NCBI GenBank assembly: GCA_032718475.1
Contig: JAUCBJ010006765.1
Span: 1-52,026 of the forward strand
Length of the DNA stretch: 52,026 bases
Reading direction: 5' to 3'
Source of the DNA: Nemertoderma westbladi
Lineage: Eukaryota; Animalia; Xenacoelomorpha
Position numbers and translations under genes: made by a program. Below are positions 28,015-40,000 of the stretch, piece by piece. Below the pieces are notes generated by a model that was not told the origin of the DNA, searched no databases, and worked only from the letters and a program-made list of their open reading frames with translations. Within the stretch, counting starts at the first letter, position 1, and every line of letters begins with the position of its first letter.

Positions 28015-31000
28015 CTATAACTTGTCGACACAGTTCCTCATATTGGTCCACACTTGGATTCCTCTTTGACACAATTTTATATTAATAGCGGCGCAGTTCG
28101 CGAATATTTCGTGGAGATCGAGTTCCTTCTGCTTACTGAATCGGTCGATATCGCTCAACGCCTTCTCCGCAAATTCACTAAAAAATAAAAGTAAAATAAC
28201 AGATGGTGAGAAATACGTACATAATGTGATCGAGTGTATTTCTGTATTAGTAACTATTTTGGTAAGGAAATAGCGATATTAGCCAATACCGCTACCTTTA
28301 ATTCCCATGTGTTGGCAAATTAATACGCTAGAATTAAAATCCATACGCGCAATTCATCACAAAATGATACAAGAGTGACAATGAAAAATTACTGCTAAAT
28401 AAAATTAAATTAAAATCAAAATTATATACAATAAAATCAATAAAATACTTCCGTGCCAATAGTTCTTCAAATACAATCTAAGTTAGGTCAAAATAAACAA
28501 AACAAACTCAGTGTGACTCACTTCTCATAATGGACTACTTATGTTTTTACACTGACTAATTCTGACAGGACAGTATAACAAATAGTGTTTCTCAACCATA
28601 AATCTCCCACAGATACAACGATCATCTTCAAGATCCCCGTGGATGAGTCTCATATGTGTCAGATTAGCTTGACCTATCAGAAGTCCAAGAATGAACGTCT
28701 CTTGACTGCGACTGCAGTCGAGTGATTGGGGTTAGAGATGGGATTAGTTCAACATCGCCAAATTTATCAGAATTTCTGGGGTGTAAACGCTACGCCGACA
28801 GCCGACAACCAAAGCCGACAACCATTTAAAACGCGAATTAATGCTAATTATACATTGATGGGAAAGGAACATGTTACTGTGGAAGGTTATTCGAACCAAA
28901 ACAATAAACGAGAATGATGAATACAGGTTACAGCTCCATATTTGTCATTGTCGGCAGTGGTTGTCGGCTGTCGGCGTAGCGTTTACACCCGAATTTCTGA
29001 GATAATTTGCCCATAAAAATTCGCTATATAATTATCCATCTCTGACTTCGTGTATTTCAATTGATTATCTTACATTTCATTTACATCAATTAGTCGTGCT
29101 GACCTCTTTATTTCCATGCCAGGAACTGCTTTACATTGTTTATATCGTTGTAATAAAGATGGCCGTTTTTATATTGTTTGCACCGAATGTATTCACTAGT
29201 TGGATGTTCAGTACGAGAAAGGAGTTTCAACAAATACTTCACACGGACTATCTTACACCATATTTCAGGTGGTAAAAGTCCGCCCGAAATTTGTAGTTTG
29301 TGTCTGTCTGGGTTGAATAGTGTACCCACTGCCCTCGTGGCCCATAAATCTTCTATAGATTTCCACGATCGTCCTAGGGGCCATACTGGCGAAGCATACA
29401 AAATTTTAGAAAAACTAACTAAATGTATAATTTTTGTCACCGCAGCAATATTAATTCCATTCCTGGGACGAAACGTGATATAATTTTCCACAGCTGCCAA
29501 AAATTCACAAGAACAATATTTATATAAACACCAAACAAAACAGCGTTTGTTTGCGTAAATGTGTATTTTTTTGTGACCAATTGGGGTTATTTTGTAACCG
29601 GATACACCTGACAAGTAAAGCGGCATTATTAAACGTTCTAACTCGTTACTAACCCGGCCTCTATAACGTTCTAACTCGTCACTAACCCGGCCTCTATAAC
29701 GTTCTAACTCGTTACTAACCCGGCCTCTATAACGTTCTAACTCGTTACTAACCCGGCCTCTAACGTTCTAACTCGTTACTAACCCGGCCTCTATAACGTT
29801 CTAACTCGCTACTAACCCGGCCTCTAACGTTCTAACTCGTTACTAACCCGGCCTCTATAACGTTCTAACTCGTTACTAACCCGGCCTCTAACGTTCTAAC
29901 TCGTTACTAACCCGGCCTCTATAACGTTCTAACTCGTTACTAACCCCGCCTCTATAACGTTCTAACTCGCTACTAACCCGGCCTCTATAACGTTCTAACT
30001 CGTTACTAACCCGGCCTCCATAACGTTCTAACTCGTTACTAACCGGGCCTCTAACGTTCTAACTCGTTACTAACCCGGCCTCTATAACGTTCTAACTCGC
30101 TACTAACCCGGCCTCTAACGTTCTAACTCGTTACTAACCCGGCCTCTATAACGTTCTAACTCGCTACTAACCCGGCCTCTAACGTTCTAACTCGTTACTA
30201 ACCCGGCCTCTAACGTTCTAACTCGTTACTAACCGGGCCTCTAACGTTCTAACTCGTTACTAACCCGGCCTCTATAACGTTCTAACTCGCTACTAACCCG
30301 GCCTCTAACGTTCTAACTCGTTACTAACCCGGCCTCTATAACGTTCTAACTCGTTACTAACCCGGCCTCTAACGTTCTAACTCGTTACTAACCCGGCCTC
30401 TATAACGTTCTAACTCGTTACTAACCCGGCCTCTAACGTTCTAACTCGTTACTAACCCGGCCTCTAACGTTCTAACTCGTTACTAACCGGGCCTCTAACG
30501 TTCTAACTCGTTACTAACCCGGCCTCTATAACGTTCTAACTCGCTACTAACCCGGCCTCTAACGTTCTAACTCGCTACTAGCCCGGCCTCTATAACGTTC
30601 TAACTCGTTACTAACCCGGCCTCTATAACGTTCTAACTCGTTACTAACCCGGCCTCTAACGTTCTAACTCGTTACTAACCGGGCCTCTAACGTTCTAACT
30701 CGTTACTAACCCGGCCTCTATAACGTTCTAACTCGCTACTAACCCGGCCTCTAACGTTCTAACTCGCTACTAACCCGGCCTCTATAACGTTCTAACTCGT
30801 TACTAACCCGGCCTCTATAACGTTCTAACTCGTTACTAACCGGGCCTCTAACGTTCTAACTCGTTACTAACCCGGCCTCTATAACGTTCTAACTCGCTAC
30901 TAACCCGGCCTCTAACGTTCTAACTCGCTACTAACCCGGCCTCTATAACGTTCTAACTCGTTACTAACCCGGCCTCTATAACGTTCTAACTCGCTACTAA

Positions 31001-34000
31001 CCCGGCCTCTATAACGTTCTAACTCGCTACTAACCCGGCCTCCATAACGTTCTAACTCGTCACTAACCCGGCCTCGATAACGTTCTAACTCGTTGTCGTT
31101 ACTAACCCGGCCTCCATAACGTTCTAACTCGCTACTAACCCGGCCTCTAACGTTCTAACTCGCTACTAACCCGGCCTCTATAACGTTCTAACTCGCTACT
31201 AACCCGGCCTCTATAACGTTCTAACTCGTTACTAACCCGGCCTCTATAACGTTCTAACTCGTTGTCGTTACTAACCCGGCCTCTATAACGTTCTAACTCG
31301 TTACTAACCCGGCCTCTATAACGTTCTAACTCGCTACTAACCCGGCCTCTATAACGTTCTAACTCGTCGCTAACCCGGCCTCTATAACGTTCTAACTCGC
31401 TACTAACCCGGCCTCTATAACGTTCTAACTCGTCACTAACCCGGCCTCTATAACGTTCTAACTCGCTACTAACCCGGCCTCTATAACGTTCTAACTCGTC
31501 ACTAACCCGGCCTCTATAACGTTCTAACTCGTTACTAACCCCGCCTCTATAACGTTCTAACTCGTTACTAACCCGGCCTCTATAACGTTCTAACTCGTCA
31601 CTAACCCGGCCTCTATAACGTTCTAACTCGTTACTAACCCGGCCTCTATAACGTTCTAACTCGTTACTAACCCGGCCTCTATAACGTTCTAACTCGTTAC
31701 TAACCCGGCCTCTATAACGTTCTAACTCGTTACTAACCCGGCCTCTAACGTTCTAACTCGTTACTAACCCGGCCTCTAACGTTCTAACTCGTTACTAACC
31801 CGGCCTCTAACGTTCTAACTCGTTGTCGTTACTAACCCGGCCTCCATAACGTTCTAACTCGTTACTAACCCGGCCTCTATAACGTTCTAACTCGTTACTA
31901 ACCCGGCCTCTATAACGTTCTAACTCGTTACTCACCCGGCCTCTAACGTTCTAACTCGTTACTAACCAGGCCTCTAACGTTCTAACTCGCTACTAACCCG
32001 GCCTCTATAACGTTCTAACTCGTTACTAACCCGGCCTCTATAACGTTCTAACTCGTTACTAACCCGGCCTCTAACGTTCTAACTCGTTACTAACCCGGCC
32101 TCTAACGTTCTAACTCGTTACTAACCCGGCCTCTAACGTTCTAACTCGTTGTCGTTACTAACCCGGCCTCCATAACGTTCTAACTCGTTACTAACCCGGC
32201 CTCCATAACGTTCTAACTCGTTACTAACCCGGCCTCTATAACGTTCTAACTCGTTACTAACCCGGCCTCTATAACGTTCTAACTCGTTACTAACCCGGCC
32301 TCTAACGTTCTAACTCGTTACTAACCCGGCCTCTATAACGTTCTAACTCGTTACTAACCCGGCCTCTAACGTTCTAACTCGTTACTAACCCGGCCTCTAA
32401 CGTTCTAACTCGTTACTAACCCGGCCTCTATAACGTTCTAACTCGTTACTAACCCGGCCTCTATCGTTCTAACTCGTTACTAACCCGGCCTCTAACGTTC
32501 TAACTCGTTACTAACCCGGCCTCTAACGTTCTAACTCGTTACTAACCCGGCCTCTAACGTTCTAACTCGTTGTCGTTACTAACCCGGCCTCCATAACGTT
32601 CTAACTCGTTACTAACCCGGCCTCCATAACGTTCTAACTCGTTACTAACCCGGCCTCTATAACGTTCTAACTCGTTACTAACCCGGCCTCTATAACGTTC
32701 TAACTCGCTACTAACCCGGCCTCTAACGTTCTAACTCGTCACTAACCCGGCCTCTATAACGTTCTAACTCGCTACTAACCCGGCCTCTATAACGTTCTAA
32801 CTCGCTACTAACCCGGCCTCTATAACGTTCTAACTTGTTACTAACCCGGCCTCTAACGTTCTAACTCGTTACTAACCCGGCCTCTAACGTTCTAACTCGT
32901 TACTAACCCGGCCTCTATAACGTTCTAACTCGCTACTAACCCGGCCTCTAACGTTCTAACTCGTTGTCGTTACTAACCCGGCCTCCCTAACGTTCTAACT
33001 CGTTACTAACCCGGCCTCTATAATGTGTTTCTCCAACTCCACCTTCAGCCGATCCACCTCGCTGTGTATCAGCCGCACCCGGAACGCCTTCTGTTCACCG
33101 GTTTCACCGCCCAATAATTTCGAACGCAATGACGTCAGAGAGAGCGTCTTGGCGGGGACACGGCCCTCTACCGTGTCAAGTTGGTACTGCATGGATTTAA
33201 TGTTCGCTTCTAATTGTTCTATATCAAACTGAAAGATAATATCAATTAATGGTTTACGTTTCAATACAGATCAACCATAGCCATACCGGTACTTAACTTA
33301 ACTGGTAATCAAATAACTACCGGGAGGGAGTAAATCACCTATATACTGAAAAATTATAAAATATAATTACCTGGAGAACTTCGTGTTTGGTGCAGACGGC
33401 TTTCAAGGCGTCGGCGAAGAGTGCGTACTCTTTGAGATGGTCGTTGAGAAGATGTTCGTCATCTGCAACCTCATCGACACCGGTACTGAACCTAAATGAG
33501 AGACAATGCGAGTCATTAATTAGTAGGTCATCTATATAATATTAATATAGAAAGCATTAGTCGACAACACGACAGGTTGTATCCAAATTTATCGTAAAAA
33601 AAATATAAATACTCAATTTAGTATAATTGTCTAGATTATTTCCAGTAACATAGTGTACGTAAGTTTATATTATAACACCAAAACGATATTGATGAATTCT
33701 TATAATACAAACAAAGTGTTGTACCGGTATGAAGTTATGATAAACAAAATTGTTGGAGATAATGTAGGAAAACATTGGATAAGCGGTAACGACTAGAATA
33801 ATCAGACAATGATTCATATACATGCCGACTAAGCACCACTACACCATACACAGTAAGCACGCGTCCAAAGTAAGCACCACACCATACACAGTAAGCACGC
33901 GTCCAAAGTAAGCACCACACCATATACAGTAAGCACGCGTCCAAAGTAAGAACCACTACACCATACACAGTAAGCACGCGTCCAAAGTAAGAACCACTAC

Positions 34001-37000
34001 ACCATACACAGTAAGCACGCGTCCAAAGTAAGCACCACACACACACTAAATACGTACGCGTCCATGTGGTGTCCTGCGCTTTGCATTGCATCAGCTAGTG
34101 TTGTATCGGATTCTATGGCACTCCATTCAGCCAGAATACGACCGTAGTTGGAATGAATTTTATGGATAGCACAAGCTCGTTCAAGTAGTTTCTGCAAAAT
34201 AAACAGGTTAACTTAATGCCCCATACTCAGCTCACAAACACCATGGCTGTTTGTTCCTGTAGAACAGCTCACAAACACCGTGGTTGTTTGTTCCTGTAGA
34301 ACAGCTCACAAACACCGTGGCTGTTCGTTCCTGGAGAACAGCTCACAAACACCGTGGCTGTTTGTTCCTGTAGAACAGCTCACAAACACCGTGGCTGTTT
34401 GTTCCTGTAGAACAGCTCACAAACACCGTGGCTGTTCGTTCCTGGAGAACAGCTCACAAACACCGTGGCTGTTTGTTCCTGTAGGACAGCTCACAAACAC
34501 CGTGGCTGTTTGTTCCTGTAGAACAGCTCACAAACACCGTGGCTGTTCGTTCCTGTAGAACAGCTCACAAACACCGTGGCTGTTCGTTCCTGTAGAACAG
34601 CTCACAAACACCGTGGCTGTTTGTTCCTGTAGAACAGCTCACAAACACCGTGGCTGTTTGTTCCTGTAGAACAGCTCACAAACACCGTGGCTGTTCGTTC
34701 CTGTACCTAACTATTGTATATTCGTCTGTAGTTTATGTTTAACAATACGTATTTGTACTCACAGATCTAATGCTAAGTATAGTGTTTATATGGCTCCGTA
34801 ATTCATTGCTGTAAGCTTTTAGCTGTTCCAGACGTTTGTGAGGCTTCTTAACTCGCAATACTGCACCAATACGTTTTACTACGTTGTCTTGTTTCTCTTG
34901 GTAACCGGACGATAGCAAACATTCTTTCCAATTAGCTTCCTAAAAAAAATTGTATCCAAATTATTATTGTAAGAAAGTCGTGAGTAGAAAGCGTAACGTC
35001 TGTGTAATACACGTTACCGTAAGGATCGGATAAATAAGTTGGGAATATATCGTAAACTAAAAAGAGAATTCGGCGATTACGTGAAACGTGTACCGGTAGT
35101 TACCGAAAATATATTCAACGGAAATGAGCTTTTATTGTCATTAAGATGTTAGTAGAAGTAAGTTCGTTAGAGGAACGCGATACATCCTACCTGCAAACGG
35201 GTATAAATAGTACAAACCTGTTGTATTAAATTCCTACATTTAATAATAATTTACAAAACAATGAGGTATAATATAAATCATAAGAGATAATTTATTGATT
35301 GGAATTGTAAATTATAATAATTTTAATATTCCCTATACACTGAAAAAACACAACCCGGGTTCTTTAAAAAACCCCGGGTCCTGTTTTTTAAACCCATGTT
35401 ATAATTTTGAAATGGTGGTTAATTTTTAAACCGGGGGTTTTAAAAAGACACAAAATAATTTAAAATTATAAATAAAAAAAAGTGGGGGTTTTTCGAAACA
35501 AAATAAATAAACTCCCGGTTTATCGAAATGATAATATGGCCGTTTACTGTTAATTTGCATATATAAAATATAACTTACAGTTTACAAAATAACTGCCAGT
35601 TCAAAATTGAACCACAGATTTACCCTAACTGCCAATTTACCATAGAACCACAGGTTAAAAATGATAACTGCCAGTTTACAAAAAAGAACTACTAGTTTAT
35701 CATAGAACCACGTTTTTACAATTATAACTGCCAGTTTAAAATAGAACTGCAATTTCATCATAGAACAACATATTTCCAATATAACTGCCAGTTTATCATA
35801 GAACCACATATTTCTAATATAACTGCCAGTTTATCATAGAACCACATATTTCTAATATAACTGCCAGTTTATCATAGAACCACATATTTCCAATATAACT
35901 GCCAGTTTATCATAGAACCACATATTTATAATATAACTGCCAGTTTATCATAGAACCACATATTTCCAATATAACTGCCAGTTTATCATAGAACCACATA
36001 TTTCCAATATAACTGCCAGTTTATCATAGAACCACATATTTATAATATAACTGCCAGTTTATCATAGAACCACATATTTCTAATATAACTGCCAGTTTAT
36101 CATAGAACCACATATTTCTAATATAACTGCCAGTTTATCATAGAACCACATATTTCTAATATAACTGCCAGTTTATCATAGAATCACATATTTCTAATAT
36201 AACTGCCAGTTTATCATAGAACCACATGTTTCCAATATAATTGCCAGTTTATCATAGAACCACATGTTTCCAATATAATTGCTAGTTTATCATAGAACCG
36301 CAGTTTAAAGAGTGCCTGCCAGTTTATCATTATCATAGGAAATAACTTTCATTTCGTTATAATATACACAGTATACTATATTATTATTATATTATTATTT
36401 TATATTTTTGGATTGTAGGGGGCCTAAGTATAAATGAAGTTAGAAATTTATTTTGGGGGATACTGTACGTGCGTGTCTGTTTCTATTACATAAGTTACGT
36501 TACATAAAAGTAAAATCAGCCACCTAAGAAATGCTGTAGCATATGTTTGTTTCATGTACCTAAATTATACTGTAGGCAGGCCTTCATATAAACATGCCAC
36601 GATGGCGTTACTGTATATACGAAAGTTTCAGTTTCATTGTTACTGTAGCTTACCAGTCAGAGGCCTACTTTATACACCGCAGTAGGTATTTTAATTTATA
36701 GTGGTAAGGATATTATACCCAAAACGTACTGACTTCTGTAAGTACCGGTATTGCGTAAGGTTCCGGTGCCCGTGTTGTATGTCACGGAAACAGACGCCTG
36801 TCATCTACAGTGGCGGCAAACCGTAAGCCTCGTATACTTTAACAAATACTTGGTTAACTTACAGTACCTTATAAAGAAATGTCATGTTTGAAATCTTGTC
36901 AAAATGTGAATTCTTCTTAATCTTATAAAAGATACAGTACTTCAGTTAATCTCCAGATTTAAACATGGATAATTATCTCAAACATTTCAGGCATTCTCAA

Positions 37001-40000
37001 AGTTTTACCGTATGGTGCGACTTTATGTTGCCTATCACCGGGCAAAGATGCAACACTATATTTCACGCATATTCAGCTCTTCGATCGCATATGTATCGGC
37101 ATCATGAAATATTAGCAAACGAAATTCATATGCATACGAAATCGCCGTATGTATGTAGGCCTATAATTTCTGAGACAAATTCAATGGACTGTGAGGAAAT
37201 AATTGACCCCATTACGGAGCCAGAAGTTTCATTGCCCCTACCTAAACCCATACTACCACTACCCGTTGAAGACAATAAAAATGAACTTCAAATCCAAGCG
37301 AAATTCGCCCTCAAGTGCAAGCATGAGGATAATTTAACTGAAAAAGCCGTGACTAACATTCTGAAAGGCGTCCAGGACTTTGTAAGTGATCGGGATCCAG
37401 AATGGGGAAGCACTTTATTTAATTTATTAGGATCTACATACCAGAGACATAAATACTACGTGGAGGAATTTGGACTCGTCGATCCAGTGCAGCTAAGCTT
37501 ACCTAATGGTAACAACTTTTGTTACGTCCCAGTATTAAAACAACTTTATCAATTATTACAAAATGCAGAAGTTTTGAATGAGATAAGTTCGATGTCGATT
37601 ACGAGACAAAACAACTGCGAAACTTTCAAAGATATCGGTAAGTGGTTCCGTTCCAGCTTCAGGTAGGTTGGGAATTCGGCCCCACACCCTATGTCTGTCT
37701 GTCTGTGTGGGTAAATGTTTGAACTTCAATATAGTACGGCTCAGTCTAATTGTAGAAATTGTGGTACAGTAGGCGTGTGTATAAAGTTAGTAGACACAAT
37801 GTTTTGAGAATCCATTTGCTTCATTTTTATGATACAACCCCCCTTTAGACACTCAGGAGGAATTAACAATTACAATATTACAGTACATAACATGTAGCAA
37901 TGTCTCTGAAAGATAATAAAATATTATTCCAAATAGAACTTAATATTGAAAATATTAAAAATGTGGATATTTTACAATTGAAATCCGAATGTTTGTATTA
38001 TATTTAATTTGGTGTTCCGGTTACATTTGCACAAACATCCTAATAAATACTGTAGAACCTAATAAAATAATATACACTTTATGTTAAAGGTGACGGTGAA
38101 TTCTGTAAAGATCATCCACTTGCCAGTTTGGCAATACTTGAAGGGACCGCATTTATTCAATTTCTCCTTTATTATGATGAGGTTGAATTTTGTAACGCAC
38201 TGGGTGCCCATGTTAAAATACATAAACTCGGTTTGTTTTATTGGACTTTATCAAATATTCGCCTGCAATTTAGAGCAAAGACACGTTGCATTTTTCTTTG
38301 TGCGATTGCGAAGTTTGAGGATGTAAAATTATACATGGATGATATTCTCGATAATTTCATAGAATCCATGATACAAATGTCGGAAGGGTACCTAATAAAC
38401 GGAAACAAATACTTTGGTGCTTTAATTTGCTTAATAGCGGATAATCCAGCTTCTACTTTGCTTAGTGGTTTTAAGCAAAGCGCATCGGCGACATCCTTTT
38501 GTAGATCATGCATGATGCAAAAATCGGAGATTGCAAATCTTCGATTCTTCAAGTATGATTCTCTTACTTTGAGGTCAGAAGAAATACACAAAGAGCATGT
38601 AGACGCTGTCACAGAACCCGGTTTATCTCTTACTAAGGCGAGGTCAATTTCAACTACATTGGGTGTTAATGGCCCGAGTCCATTAACAAGGGTACCTTTT
38701 TTTATGATTACAAAGTGTTTCGTCCACGACATTCACCATGATATTCTCGAAGGTGTGGTGGCTGTCGGGATCAAACATTTGCTACAATACCTTATCATTG
38801 ACAAGCGAGTCGTTACAACTAGCGAACTTAATAATTCAATTATTAATTACAATTATACTGAACGGGAAATGGCTGACATACCATCCGCAATAAAAGACTC
38901 ACAATTACGTTCAAATGACCTTTACTCACTTCGGCAAACAGCCATTCAAACTTTTGTTCTGTTAAAAACATTGCCGATTATTTGTGGGTTTTTTTTTACC
39001 GAGAGCAATCGACATTGGGAATGCTTCATGAAGCTATATGACATTGTTGACATTTTGATGTCATTTGAAATAACAATGGAAGATCTGAATTTCCTTCAAT
39101 GGCTTATTGAAACGTATGTCAAACTCGCTGTCAACATATATGGAAGAACGTACCCAAAATTACATTACCTAATGCATCTTGTAGACGACATTTTGCAGTT
39201 TGGCCCACCTCGGGGTCATTGGGCGATGCGGTTTGAAAGTCAACACGGTGTCCTGAAAAAATGGCTTCAACACCAACAAAATTATAAAAACGTCTCACTC
39301 TTTCTAGCCAACCGGCATCAGGAAAATGTATGCTACCAACTAAATGTCAATAAGATTGGATTCTTGTATGAACTTCCAAAAGGTTCAGGAAAAATTGGTC
39401 ATACACAGTCAGAAAATGGATCAAATTGCCAAATGTTAAAAAAACTAAGTTACTACGGACAAACCTATGTTATAAATAAAAGTATAATCGTTCTCCCCTG
39501 TGAACAAGAACCAGCATCAGATAACAACCCTCTTCCATCATTTGGAATTGTGACTCAATTGTTGTTGCAGGATGATAGAGAAGATGCTTGGATTTTCGTC
39601 GAACCCCTTGTAACAGAATCATACCACTCTCATATATCGGCTTATGAAATTTCTAATGATCCTCGCCCGCAAAGTAAAATAATTAAATTATCCCAATGTA
39701 AAAGTGTACCCATTGAACTAAGGCCAAAAAAATATCATGGACATTTTGTGGTTAATAATCACAGGCTTTCAAATAGTGTTCCTTATTGTCCTTAACTGCA
39801 AACTTAAGTGTCAAACTGGTGTCAAACAGGTTAAGACGGTTTTAATGATTAACTACAGGTTTAACCTTTTAATACTATTAAACTATGGGTTTTTTTAATG
39901 ATTAACCGCGGGTTTAATACTATTAAACTATGGGTTTTTGTTCTATAACCAGAGGTTTAAATTAATTTTAGCTTCGGTAAATGACGATTATTTATCCAAA

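Noticed and set aside
32995-33010. SNX4 ending at HIIEAGLVTS*
   Set aside because: The conserved C-terminus is encoded by exon 28177-28015; this stop is intronic read-through into the array.
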